DNA of 64,000 bases, taken from Sphyrna mokarran (lineage: Eukaryota). The stretch covers positions 47,988,001 to 48,052,000 of the forward strand of contig JAGIQG010000012.1 of NCBI GenBank assembly GCA_024679065.1, read 5' to 3'. The notes below the pieces were generated by a model. That model made no database searches and had not been told where the DNA came from. It worked only from the letters and a program-made list of their open reading frames with translations. Within the stretch, counting starts at the first letter, position 1; each line of letters begins with the position of its first letter. Of the stretch, positions 11,350-24,957 are shown piece by piece. The translations under genes and the position numbers were made by a program.

Positions 11350-11760
11350 ATGGCTGTAAGGGATTCGTAGAATGTTTCTGTTAGCATGAGGTGACATAAT
11401 GATGAATGGAGTCCTGCACCAACCATGTTTAACACTATTGGTACAAGCAGGCAGATCAAATTTTACCCCTTTGTTGTTTCGTCCCTTGATCAGAAAAAAA
11501 GTCATTCTGGACATGCTTAACTGAAATGTAAATTTCAGATTATCAGCCTCATGTTTCAGACAATATCGCTGATGTTAGAACAGAACCTTTTGAATAGTTA
11601 ATTTGTTTTATGGCTATGCGAAATTTGAGAATCTTTTCAAACTTTCTTCCCTTTGGAAGTATTTTTTTTTACAAGTTGATTTGTTTATGTTCTTGGAAAG
11701 TGCCTTGGGAGAATTTTAGATTGAAAGGTGTTAAAATAGAAGTTGTTGTTTTATGTGTAC

Positions 11761-12072
11761 TGGCGGATGGCAATGATTAGCCTCACAATGGTTAGCCTCA
11801 CAGTGTCAGGCACCTGGATTCAATTCCAGCGTTGGGTCATTATCTGTGTGGAGCTTGCACATTCTCCCCATGTCTGTGTGGGTTTCCTCTGGGTGCTCCA
11901 GTTTCCTCCTACAGTCCAGAGATGTGCGGGTTAGGCTGATTGACCATTCTAAATTTTGCTTTAGCATCAAGGGGATTAGCAAGGCAAATACTTGGGGTTA
12001 TGGAGATAGGGCCTGGATGGGATTGTTATCAGTGCAGGCTCAATTGGCCAAATTGCTGCTTTCTGTATTAGT
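11761..12072 (+). mobile_element. HE1-type SINE
   Basis: Degenerate tRNA head, V core (gcacattctccccatgtctgtgtgggtttcctctgggtgctccagtttcctcc) and CR1-like tail. Confidence 0.85.
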
Positions 12073-12399
12073 CTAACTTCCCTGCTCTATCCTGCTCTTT
12101 CCACTGAGTAAGTAAAAAAAACACTCTTTGAATTAGTCATGGGGAATTTTAATCCCAAGAAAGGTCGATTGAGAGGAAATGGGGATGATAATTTGTGACA
12201 TTTAGAGCAAAGGACAATTAACACAGCTCTAATACATCCACTTCTGAGTTTAACTGAGGTACATTTGGATGCTGATAGCAACCTGCATGACAAAGGTAAA
12301 GGTTTGATGATTGGATATTGATGAATACTTCTTGGCACAATTTGGACAAGTAAGAACTGTTGTTAAATTGGCCTTAGCTTGGCTCCAAATTTTACTTGA

Positions 12400-13230
12400 G
12401 CTGGCTGTGTTTCCCAGAGATGCTGACCAGGGAAATAGAGATGAGTTTGAGTAATCTTTCTGGATATTTCAGGTGCTGATTTCCTATCAGAACAGAAGTT
12501 CACTTATTGTAGTCAATGTCCCAGTTCCTTTGGCAAATATTTAACGAGTGTTTTTGCCTGAATACCACTTGGCCTCAATCTTACAAGATTTCAAATTGTT
12601 AAGATTAGGATGGGAGGCAGCTTGGATTTGTTTGGCAGCACATCGGAAGAGAAAGACCGCCATAATCTATGGCCTGCTGTGGAGAGACCAACAGTTGTAA
12701 AGGAGAGAGGTGCACCTGACTGGAGTGCACAGTTGAAGGCCTGAGGTCACAGGTGGCACCACCCAAGTCACAGTATTACAGAAAGAGGTTCATTCAGCTT
12801 CCTTAGTCTTATTGAAGAGTCTGCAGGCTGATGTTGTCATGTGGGATGATGGTAGGGACTGGCAGCCTCCTACAGGAATCCCTGCTGGATTTGGTGACCA
12901 TACATTCCCTCTGGCAGAAAAAATTATCACCAGTCTCATATTCAACACTAGAGCCTTTCAGCGCAGACAACATGTCCAGAATTTTCCAGTTGGCTATACA
13001 TAAATATATCGAGAAGTAAGTGGTTAATTGTTTGGCAAAACCAACAATTATAACAATAGCTGAACAAACAGGAATTAAAATATGTGACGCTAGTTGGATT
13101 CCACACAGATATAAAGTGCATAGACTGCATACATATGTCACTCTGAGTATTGTAACAGCGATTAGGAGATTTTATAAACTGCAGGGATATTTGACGATCA
13201 GGGGATGCAACCATGAGTAAACGTTCATGG
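12400..13230 (+). mobile_element. Possible DIRS-like RT/RNase H remnant
   Basis: GTGS..L.DLVTI / FPLAEKII / SADNMSRIF resembles the DIRS RNase H pattern GGTxS..L..L...I..WAE...N..ADxLSR. Very decayed. Confidence 0.35.
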
Positions 13231-14009
13231 AAATGTATTCCAGATTCCTTGGCTGCTCTCCTGATGATAGATTTTACATTATATGAACTCTGTGGCATCC
13301 TGAAATATTGGCAAAGGAAATTTAAGATAAAGGTATTTAAATGCGGTACTCTACATCTTTCTCAAGCTTTCCCTTCAAATTTTTCAAAAGGAGTAAGTAA
13401 CTTTGAAGAACTATGAAGAAGGAGCAGGAAGGTGAGGCTAATTGTATTGCCTTACTAATTGATTTGCCGAGCTGAATGGGCATCTTCTGTGTTGTAACCT
13501 TCAAAGATTTTATATAAAACTTCAAACCTGATTTGTGACAACTGTGAGAAACCTGAATAATGCCACAAAGTTTGACAACAAGAGCTAAATGTGTTCTGGT
13601 TGTATTGTTCAGTAAGCCATCGGAACACTACAGATGTGCTTCATGTATTTCAATACATTTGGAGATGCCCTCAGTCCTCAACAGTTTGGATGTCTAAAAT
13701 ATTATTAGTGTGCTGTTATTAGTGGAGAAAGGGGTGCATCAAAGTAGGGGAAAGGTGAGGAACCTGTTACCAGATTAAATGCTTACACTGCTGTCGAGAG
13801 CCGTTAGTGAAGATTCACCTTCCCACCACCAGGACTGTCCATCGGCTCTGGACTCAAACTTTGTGCAGCAACTCAACAACCCATTGCTAATCAATCCATT
13901 GCATCGAGCGTGCATTAACATGATGAAATAAATAAAAAAAATGTGTTGGTACTCAGGGCACAATAACGAGTAAGACTTGGAATTTGGGCTTATCAATAAA
14001 TGTGTGTGG

Positions 14010-14112
14010 CACAAAAACAGAAAATGCCACAAAATCTCAGCAGGTCTGACAGCATCTGTGGAGAGAGAATAGAGTCAAAGTTTCAAGTCTTGATGACCCT
14101 ACATCAGAGTGT
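14010..14112 (-). repeat. Penelope-derived repeat with degenerate hammerhead core
   Basis: Reverse complement ctgatgtagggtcatcaagacttgaaactttgactc...cagatgctgtcagacctgctgagattt; core A9 is mutated. Confidence 0.6.
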
Positions 14113-15813
14113 GTATGGCATTTCACCTCTTCTGAATAACTGGGGAGACCTTCTATCACTTGTACCTACAGAACTAAGTGGGGGGAGAAAACAATTTTTC
14201 TGGCACATTCCAATTGGACAGTCAGAATGGGCAATGAGAAGTTGATTATCACAATGCTGGTGGAGTCACAGGACCATCCCTTTTCATGGCTTCACAGGAA
14301 GTGTGTTTTAAAAAATAATTCTCATTAGCAGAAAGAAGGCTGTTGAAATATTCAGTCATGCAGTTTTAGAATTTACTTAGTACAATAGAAACAAAAGAAA
14401 TAAGATGATTTTCCTACCATCTACCTTAATGTGGTAAAAGTCTGACTAGAATGTATTACATGTCAAACATTTCATTCCAAGTGGCTAAAAATAGTAAGAA
14501 TCACCAATCTTGTGTTTCTTGGCAGCTGTGTTGGTTCTATCTTGCTCAGTGTCGGTTAAAGGAAGACAATTTGCTGTGGATATTCATTCATGCACTTGAA
14601 GCATTAGACAGTGTCAGAACAGTTGTTGTTTACACAGAGAGATTAGGTAAAAGTTCCTCTTTATTTTTTGCCTTTTGCGTTGCAGTTCTCTGTTTCCATG
14701 CCCTGTTATTTTGTTCTCTTGCTGTCATTGCATTCACCTTAAGTATGCGTTGTAATATTAAATGACTATTATCATATTGGGAAAAGTAATTAATTAAGTG
14801 AAATAGTATTATAAAAGTGCCTTGGATAAATTGAAATCACTTATTTCTATTTCATTAATTACAGAATTAAATTTATCATTTGTAAATAATATTTATTTTG
14901 AAATATTGAAATAGATCTATTATGAATGTGAAACTTGACATTTTTCTCCAACTCTTGTCAGTTTTGTTTCAGTGTTATATTCAGGATTTTCAAGTGATCA
15001 GATTTAGTCTGAAGGAATGACTCATGCACTATTGAGTTGGTCTGTGGGAGTTTCACAATGATTAGGATTATCTATTTAGCAATTGCTGTGAATCAGTCCC
15101 ATCTCTCTCACTGTCACATATCAAATCCCAGATTTACTTCTTAGATGATCTTGGACCATTTTCCTTGCATGCCCTAAACAGTGCTAGCATGAAGTCTCAA
15201 TGTGCAATCGCCTCCCTCACATTTTCCATTGATTCTGAAATGTCTCTGGCTTTCTGGCCTTGGTTCTGGGCAACCCAACTTTCCCACACACAACAAAGGA
15301 TCAACAACTCTTCTATTACAGTCTGGTAAAAGGCATTGTTCAATCAGGATCACCTCAAATAACTGGGATTCTTATCAATGCAAAGTCATTTTGGATTTAC
15401 TGGCTGCAGGCTCCCAATCCAAATTTCAGCATATTAAAACCCTTTGATCATTGCCCAAAACCAGATCTGCCTCCAGCACTTGCTACCTCACTGTGTAGGC
15501 CAAACCCAAGCCTCCTGACTTCCCTCCTCCCAGCTGATTTTTTTGTGGAAGGAAAAACCATTTTCAGCTCTATTAGTCAAGCTGCACCACAAGGAAATAC
15601 ATAGTAAGCTCTTAGGTCTCAGTCAATCTGACATCAAAAGGTCTTGTTCTAAAATATTTTAAGAATTATTTTTTAATCAGTTGCTTAAAAAAAGGCATTT
15701 TTAAATGCCATTCATGTGTACTCATTCATGACAGATTTTGTGTTTGGTGATATGCAAATATGTTTGAGTGGAAATTCAAGAAAACTAAACATTTTTCAAA
15801 AGGGGCTCTCTTC

Positions 15814-16130
15814 GAATCATAGAATCCCTACAGTGCAAAAGGAGGCCATTCAGCTTATTAAGCCTTCACCAGTAACAGTTCCAGCCAGAGCCTATCATCA
15901 TAACCCCATCTGCTCATCTCCCTGGTACTGAGGGACAATTTAGCCTGGCCAATCAATCTAACCTGTACATCTTTGCGCTGTGGGAGGAAACTAGAGAACC
16001 TGGAGGAAACCTATGCAAACATGGGGGGAATGCAAAAACCCCACACAGACAGTGACCTGAGACCGAAATTAAACCCTGGTTCTTGTTGCTGTGAGGCAGC
16101 AGTGAGAAGCATTGCGCTACCATGCTGCCC
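15814..16130 (-). mobile_element. HE1-type SINE
   Basis: Reverse-complement tail gaatcatagaatccctacagtgc, V core, and tRNA head ending ...ctaccatgctgccc. Confidence 0.85.
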
Positions 16131-18639
16131 TACTCTTATGGCACTCTTGTATCAGAATTGTTGATTTGCACCCAAAGCAAAATCCTTGGTCATGCTACTT
16201 ATAAATGACCACTGTGATGTCACATTGACTGCAGTTGCAAAACTCATTATTGTTTTCTAACCTGGCTGTAACTCCTGGAAAAAATCAGTAGCATCTGAAT
16301 AAAATAATCTTCATCAATACGCATGTTGGTGCATGTTTCAAGGACATAACACATCTTGGTGTTGGGTGGGGGGCATAGAGGACGATGATAAATATCCAAA
16401 CCCTGTTCACATAGTTTATGTTGTCATCTTTGGTATGTTACCATTTTGTGAAGCACTCTGTGCTGCATCCAAATCTATACTATATATAGAACTTGAATGT
16501 ATACAATTGTAACAAGACTCATCCACCTAATAAGTGTATGACCTTGCAAAACAGCAAAGGTTGGCAGCTGTGGAAATGTTAATGAAACCGTTGACAGTTG
16601 AAAAACTCCATTTTGGGAATTGTGATTTAACTGTAGAACATTTGTATTGAGTTTTTTCTGAGTCCACAGATTTCTGAAATGAATCTAATCGGAACATTAA
16701 CAACCGAAAACTGAAAATAAAACATTCAGCAATTTCTGGTCCTCTCGGAAAATTCATGTCTAAAACATGTTTGTACCTGTGCAAAAAGCTCTGTGGAACC
16801 AAGTCTCCAGATGTTTGAAGACCTTCATTTTGGGTCTTTATAAATATTGTGCCAATTATTTCTTTAAAATGATTTGCCTTCAGCAACTTTATATATTAGA
16901 GTTTATATTTTGCCAGATTGCACTAGGAGAGTTATTGGGAGATGGTCTGTCTTGAGATGCAAGGCTTCCACATCACAGTGATGTAGCAATTAATCTGCCC
17001 TTAAATAATATCAAGGTACATCATTGGATTTTTGGCCGTGTGACATAGTAGACTGAGCAGGTGCATAGAAAATCTGATCCAGCTAGCAAATTATCAAAAA
17101 GCATTAAGAGATCTTTGGAGGACAAGACCAGAAATAATGGATATCTAGTGTGGGATTGTCCAACTTTTCGATTGAAGTTGTACCTCACATAGATTTACCA
17201 ACAGCAAGAAAGGGGCCATGCATATTGCCATTGACTTCAATGGAACCAGAAGATCTCGTTGCCGGCTAATGGTGAACTACGTTTTCTGCAAGAAAATCTG
17301 CTACCTGGGGGCTGGAAAATTTGTCCTAGATTTGAAGCAATGGGCAGAATGTTTGTACAACCCACTGCCTGTTTCATTGTGCTGGAGGCAGTCCACTATC
17401 AGCTGCTGGTGGATTATTCTCATCCCATTGATTTCAACAAGATTTTCCATTGAATGTACCCCTCACCCCTGGGAAACCCCCAGTGGGAGTGCAACACCAG
17501 AAGACCACGCCGGCATGAACAGCTGGAAAGTTTCAGCCAATGTGTATTCAGTCACTGTGCATGTGGATCAGCATGTTTGTTGTGGTCATAGGTAGTATTG
17601 CCACTTTTATGCTGATTTTATTTTCCTAATGGCATGTCTAGCGAACTACTTACATTTTGCAAAAGGCAATATTGTTCTCTTAAATGATCAGAGGAGATAC
17701 GAAAATTACAGTGCAGTGCCACAAATCCACCTATCCAAAAAACCAGAGTAGTCCAAAAATTAAGCTTTTCCATAAGATGCTATGCATTAAATTTAATTAC
17801 AATTAAATGAATAAAATAATTTATGGGAATAATTAGGCTCGATGTGGCATTGGTGCAATGGTGCATCGACTTACTTATTTGTTTTCCCCATGGTCAGAAT
17901 GGTACAAGCGGCCCTTGACCTTATCCAATCCGGCCTGCTCTCATTCACTTTGAATTCAATGCAACCTGCAAGTCAGCTTCAATTTATTTCAAATGTTATT
18001 TCTTTATTTTTTTTTGAAATCTTTAATAACAAATTTAATCACTTGATTCCATGTGTCTCCTATTAACTGAATTGATATCTTCCAAAAACCAGCAAGATCT
18101 GAAATTCATTCCCAAGTTGTCAGCTTTGAGATACTCTACCTTTTTAAAGCAGTGTTAACTCTGCAGAACCAATTGCCACTCCTGTATCTATAGGCACTTG
18201 TTCAGAACCTTGTTCAGCAATTCCTTCTAGTACATCACAATTTTGAAAAAAGATTTTATCCTGTTCTGCACTCTTCTGCTTTCGCAGATAAGATGGATAG
18301 ATTGAATATTTTCCAAGAGATTGTTGTGCAGGATTGCCTTTGAAGCTGCACTGGGTTTTAGAAGATAAAGTGCAGTGTTGCGGCTGGTGAATGTGTTTGA
18401 AGATTGAGAGGAAAGCAAGTATTGACAATATGTTTAAATATGCCAGTTTTTGTGTTGCATAATTCATTATATTTCCTCAGGTGGAAATTTACAGTGTGGA
18501 GACTAAGTTTGGTGGGCGAGGGGAAGTCAGCATAATTCACACTTTGAGGGGAGGAGGGTAGGGGTGCAGAAATTTGAGCTCAAGATTTTAGAGCTGCAGC
18601 TGCAGATGGAATTACTGTCTTGCCTCACCAAACTGAGAG

Positions 18640-20545
18640 TTATGTGGATAGCTTGTTCAGATGGTGGCCACACCACTGCTTAAGAGTCTGAAAGCAGAGA
18701 GGAAATGGGTGACCATTAGGCAGAGGATTAAGGCACAGGTAGCAGGAATCCCGTATGGTCCCCTTCAGAAATTGGTTTTCTGTTTTGGAAGCTGGTAAGG
18801 GCACTGGTTCCTCAGAGTGCAGTCAGAGCCAGACTTATGGCACTATGAACAGTTTGGCTGGAGAGCACGAGAGGGAGAAGGAAGGAAGAGTCATTGTGAT
18901 AGGCATTCATTAATTGGGGGAACAGCCAATTGTTCCTGTAGCGAAGACATGACTCCAAAGTGACATGTTGCCTCCCTGGTGCCAGCATCAAGATGTAACA
19001 AAACAGCTGCAGAACATTCTTCCACAAGGGGGTGAACAACCAGAGGTTGTGATCCATATTGGTACCAATGATTTGGGTAGGAAGGAAGTGGGGAAGTTAA
19101 GCAGTATATTTGCAAGCACTAGCTCAACTATAGTTATCTCTGGATTAGTTCCAGTGCCACAAGGAAGTGAGTGCAGAAATAAAACAGATGAATATGCAGC
19201 TGGAAAGGTGGTGCAGGAAGGAGGACTTTAGATTTCTCGGATATTAGGACTGGCTCTAAGGAAAATGGTACCTGTACAGAGTTGAGACTGTGACCCTTGT
19301 GAAGTGTTTTACTAATGCTATTGGGACAGCTTCAAACTAACTCAGTATGGGTGTGGGAATGAAGAGGAAATATTAGAGAGGAATACCATGATGCATAAAC
19401 CACTTGGAAGAGAGATCTAGCATGGAAAATAATAAGTAAATAAGTAAAATCAGAGTAAGGAGGAAAGAGATGATGTCTAAATCAGGGTTATTATACATGC
19501 ATGTGAATGTAAAAAACATAAATAAAATTGTGGAGTTAAAAATGCAGATTGCATTGTGGAAATATGATATACATCAGAGATCTGACTCAAGAGAGGACAA
19601 GATTAGGTGTTAAATATTCCTGGGTACAAGGTTCTCAGAAAAGGGGGAAGGGTAGTGGTATTGGTTAGGGAGAGCACTGCAATGCTGGAGAAAGAGGATG
19701 TCACAGAGGATTTCAGAACAGAAGCAATTTGTTTAGAACAAAAAAAGAGTGCAATTACATTGCTCGGTGTAGTCTATAAACCAGCAAATAGTGAGAAAAT
19801 GCAGAAAGACAAATCCTCAGAGAGATTATGGAGGGATGCAAACATTACAGACAGTTTTAATAAGGGACTTTTATTATTCTAGTATAGACTGAGACAATAA
19901 TTGTGCAAAGGGCAAAAGTTCTTGGATAATGTTAAGGAAAATTTTCTACAACATTGTGTCCAATTCAGCTAGAAATGATGAACAGTTGGATCTAGTTTTT
20001 GGAAACAAACCAGGCCAAATAGATCAAGTACCAGTGGGGGAACATTTAGGAGACAGTAATGATTATACTGTAAGGTTTAGGATGATGATAAAAAAGGAAA
20101 ATAGACAATCCAGAGTAAAGATAATTAACTGGGAGGAGAGCCAGCTCAGTCGGCAAGAACAGAGCTGGGCCAGTCAGACTGGAACAAAATGTTGGCAGAG
20201 AAACCTGCAGCTGAGCAATAGGTTACCTTCAAATTAGAAATAGTCCGGACCCAGCTAAGGTATTTTCCCTTAGAAAGGAAAGGTAGGGCAAACAAATTGA
20301 GAACTTCCTGGACAAATAGGAAACAGAAATGAAGATAAGGAAAAAAAAAAGTGTGCTTAGGAGAGATGTCAGGTGAAAAATAAGTTGGGAACTTAGAGAA
20401 AAAAGAAGGTTCAGAGGGGAGGTTAAAAAAAAAGCACATTAGATAAGCAAAGAGAATTTATGAGAAAAGACTGCCAGCCAATGTAAAGGGGATTCCCAAA
20501 ATCATCTACAGGCGTATAAATACTAAAAATGTGGTAAAAGGTCCC
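18640..20545 (+). mobile_element. CR1 LINE 5' part: ORF1 SGNH esterase and ORF2 endonuclease remnants
   Basis: EQPEVVIHIGTNDLGRK (CR1 ORF1 esterase); LNIPGYKVLRKGGRVVVLVRE, LLGVVYKP and LDLVFGN..GEHLGDSNDY (APE endonuclease). Many stops. Confidence 0.9.
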
Positions 20546-22899
20546 ACCGATGTCTATAGTGTTTTGTGTGCTTGCCTGTCCCTTTGTGGAGGCAGGGTGT
20601 GGGGTGGGGGGGTTTAGTTCTGGTGGACTGGAAGATCCTGTCAATGGCTCAGGCTTGAAGAAATCCACAAGGTTCATACATTACAACATCTATTTATGTG
20701 TCAAACATGCACGGAAAACTCCAGTTTGTTTCAACTTTGAGGAGGTCTACTCTCTTCTTTTTGTTGTAAAAGGAAACGTACAGGGAATTAAATACTTATT
20801 AGTATCTCACTTAATTACTGTCAATGCCCTGAACAAAAAAAAATGTTGCTGGCAAGCACTAATTAGGTATAACGTTGTTTAGTTACAAGTTGTTTTCTGC
20901 TTACTTTGTGACAAGTTTGTTTTTTATATTTTGACTTTCAAATCACACTGAGCCAGAAGATGATTTATACCCTGCTTCACTGCCTGACTGCCCATTGCTG
21001 TCTTGTCAATGCATTTTTAATCAGATTTCAGTAAAGAATTTGGTTTCATTTGTATGAAAGCTATGTTAAGATGTGTTTGTTTTTAAAACAAAAGCTAACA
21101 AAACAGCACAATGCTGTGTTTGAAATGGTCAGCAAGTTAATGATTTTCACAATGAAAGATAAGACACTCTCTCATTGATCCAGGCAGTGAGCAACTTTTC
21201 ATCACATCTGGCTATTTATGACAGCACCTCAGAGCATGGTGTTGGAAACCTTTTTGATCTTTGAGATCTGTCAGAGAGGATTTAAAAAAAAATGAGAAAA
21301 TAGACCCAAACTGAGACAAGTTTAACAAAATTCTCACAGCAGAGAACTGACTGGATTGGGTCAGCTATATGTTTCATATCTTGTCCAATTTTCCTTTCTA
21401 TTGGAATCAGTCAAGTAGCAAAGAGAGTAAAAAGCGACATAGATGGAATTGTACATTGGGTTACATGACTAACTAGCATAGTCCAGTGCTTCATGCACCA
21501 GGACAGCCAAATCCCTCTGTATCACATCGTACTCCATTTTCCAAATATTTGCCCACTCATTTAATCTATCTTTATCCCTTTGCAGACTCCTTGGGCCAAT
21601 CTTACAGCCCATTCACACCGTATTCCCACTGAAGTGTAGGTGGAGAATTTGGTGACAAGCCAAATCCCCATTCACTGCAATGGGATGGGAAAATCCCGCT
21701 GGCTTGAATGGTCGGAAAATTCCTGCTCTTATGTCCTCCTTACAACTTGCCTTCCTACTTACCTTTATGTTTTAAAGCTTTCAACAAAATATATGTGCAT
21801 CTATTTTCTTCACAAAAAACAGTCCTTCATTTTAGGACCTCATAGCTTTTCAAGCTGATTAGCATTTCAAGCATTTTTTGTAGGTTGTCATGTTTTATTG
21901 AAAGAAACATCTATCAGGTCAGCTTTCAGCTTTTCAACAGCTGTTGATGCTCAATAATCCAGCTCTACTATATAACATCTGCATTCTGCAGGTTGGGTTT
22001 TACAAGTGGGAGGTAGATCCATAAAACCCTGAATGCAGAGATTATACAGTATTGGTGGGTTATGGAACCTCAACGATTGTTAAACACTTGACAGCTGACC
22101 TGATAAATGTGCTGTAAACGTCAGGAGCAAGGCCTGTTTGGCTGCCTCACATTCCCAGCCATTTAATGTCTGCTGGGCCATTTCTTTATTTCAAGCGGGC
22201 CTTCCTTTGCCATTCTGGAGAAGAGTTTCTGCCCTTGAGATGCGCCAGCCAATCAAATGGCTTTCAGTTCTCTGGTCTCAGAAATACCACTGGGAAAGGT
22301 GGACACAGCAGGAAAAGGAGAAAAAGAGCAACTTGGGCATTGGCTGTTGTTCAAAATGTATCCAATCAGAAATGCAAATAATTTAAGATAATTAATTTAT
22401 TTGATTTTCATACACTTGTTTGATTGGAGGAAATGGTGATTTCTCATCAAACTAAGAGCAGCAAAGGAAAATGGAAAACTAAGGTAACTGTGCTGCTGCA
22501 AATATCCCAGTTATAAACTGCTGCCTACAGTGATCTGTAGAAATCAATTTGACTGGAGAATATGATGGTCAATCTTAAATTTGGAGAAAATTATTTTGAC
22601 AAGCAACATATGATTTCTGACTCTGGTTATGCAATCGAAAAATATTTCAAAGATACCCAAGTCAGTTTATCCTTCTGAAAGCAATAAGCTTATCTCTGAG
22701 GTAGGACATATTATTGACTAGCCATGGGAGCCAACGTGATAAGAGAAAAATGGGATGTCCTTGGTTGACCAAGGACAATGCTATCTCTAAACCTTGGAAA
22801 ATCTATCTTTTTTTTCAGTTCACAGTTTTTGCCTTAACAGGTTTTCAGGTAGTTCTTATTGTTGATGCAGCCATATCTATAACCATGGAAGTCATCACA

Positions 22900-23500
22900 T
22901 AGCACCCCCCAAAATCACCTTTGACCTTCCCTCCTTCACCCTTGACTCTCAGTCATTCACTCTTGCTCTGCTTTCAATGACCTTCCACCCATCAGACTTG
23001 ACCAGCAATCGTTGACCCTTGAGCTTCCCCCTGCACTGTGGAATTGCTCAGCAACAGACCCCCCCATCCCGCTCCATTAGCCTCAAATTGTCAGCCATCA
23101 TTCTTCCTCTCCTTCTGTCAGCCTTGAATTTCCCTCTGTTAATCCCAAATCTCAAGACTTCAATAAATACGTTCCCTGGAAACCTTTAATCTTCTCGTAA
23201 TTATTTTTTATCAGTTGGCTTATGACATTAACCATCCTGTATAGTCCAGTTTCCTCCCTCTTTCTCCCATGAGACCCCATCAGAATGTCAACTCCCTCCC
23301 TCCCTCCCTCAGACAGCCACGCCCTGTTCCCCTTTGCCTTTTCTCACCTAATCTCAGTCATCAATATCTCCTTTGCAAAGATCCAAATCCAACAGGGAGA
23401 CTCCATCAACTGTAGTCTACTCCATTTAAGCAGTTGTGAGTTTCAAGGCCCATATTTCTCATTTACTTATTATTTAATTGGAAAGACTCATTTAATTCTG
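22900..23500 (+). mobile_element. Old L2/CR1-like endonuclease-region remnant
   Basis: Pyrimidine-rich decayed segment with SLPPSDSH-like motif. Low resolution. Confidence 0.3.
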
Positions 23501-24269
23501 GCAGATTTGCCTTTTAATGAGTATCCATGACGTACTAAAATAGATGACATATTAAAATAGATAAAAGCAGCAAACACTGAATAAACTTAGCCAGAATTAA
23601 CGTTCAAAGCTCTGTCAGACCTGCTGAGATTTTCCAGCATTTTCTGTTTTGATTTCAGATTTCCAGCATCTGCAATATTTTGCTTTTTTTTAATTAAAAG
23701 AGATTTGTGACACTTGCCTTCCAGAAGCTTGATCCATCGTCAATCTGCCACCAACTAAATGCCGTACTTTCATCCCGCCAACAGGAAGCTGACCCTTGGC
23801 CTCCCACATAATTAAATGCCCCCAACCACCTCATTTTCCACTCCTGGGAGCATCACAGGATCCCAACCCTATTTCCAGATTGCCACTTGCCAATAGTTGA
23901 GGAGTTATGGGGAAATTCTGCAGAATTTTTTAAAGCTAATTGCATGTCAACAACTTCAATGATCAGAGTTTTGGTGTTTAAAAAAAAAATCTGTGTCAAA
24001 CTTTGTATGATGGAACTTTGGTTTCTGCTTGCATTTCCCTATATAATAGATTCAAATCTTAGCCAAGCAATCAAGGAAAGAAGCCAACTGGGAGTGATTT
24101 GTTTCCCTATAAAGAAGAAATCAAAAGGTGAATCAGCCTCAGGTCACTCCAATAAGTCTATTAGAGTCTCATTACAGAAGAGCATAAAAGCCCGAGGGCA
24201 GAATCTTTTCAATCCTCTCAGCTGAGGAATGTTACATTCGGGTGAGAAACTTAAAGAGTACGTGAAGAA

Positions 24270-24535
24270 GAAAAGAAAGCCTTGCATTTATATAACACTT
24301 TCATATCTCAACTGCTTCACTGCCAATGAAGTATTTTTTGAAGTGTAGTCACTGCTGTAATGTGAGAAACTCAGTCTCCAGTATGTAAACAATAAGCTCC
24401 CACAAACAGCAATATGACAATGATCAAATTATCTTTTTCTAGTGATGTTGATCGAGTGATGAATATTGGTCAGGACACTAGGGATAACTCCCCTGTTTCT
24501 CTTTCAAATGGTGCCATTTGATTTTATGCATCTAG
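24270..24535 (-). mobile_element. Deu-domain SINE (SacSINE1/AmnSINE-like)
   Basis: Reverse-complement L2-like tail (cttgcatttatata...gaagtgtagtcactgctgtaatg) and Deu core (gatgttgatcgag...aatattggtcaggacac...ctcccctg..tctttcaaat.gtgccat). Confidence 0.75.
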
Positions 24536-24823
24536 TTTTTATTTAAAAAATATTTTTTCAGTAAATTGTTGCCATATTAAAACCATATGTTCATTTTCCT
24601 CAGTGTTGTTAATAGTTTAAACTGGGACAATGGTATGGAAGTCTGTTCAGGAGGACAGCGGTTGAGGAAGTCTGCATTTGGTGCTTACATCCCTGAGTTA
24701 AACAGGGAAAGATTGGTGAAAGAGACCTGGGGCTGGATTTTCATCTTGGAGGTGGGAATCAGTAATTGTGAGACTTTGCAAATCCAAAAGTGGGATTGTT
24801 ACGACTAATGGCATTATTTCCAT

Positions 24824-24957
24824 GGGCAACATTGTAGCACAGTGGTTAGTCCTGCTGCCTCACAACTCCATGGACCAATGTTGGATTCCAGCCTTGGCTG
24901 CCTATGCCTGTGTAAAGTTTGCATGTTCTCACTGTGTCTGCATGGGCTTCCTCTGGC
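24824..24957 (+). mobile_element. HE1-type SINE, 3'-truncated
   Basis: tRNA head (tagcacagtggttagtcctgctgcctcac...ggattcc) and start of the V core. Ends at the inverted-repeat arm. Confidence 0.8.

Noticed and set aside
17839-17869. Small hairpin tcgatg...catcga
   Set aside because: Short and imperfect, expected by chance, and possibly inside a decayed MITE.
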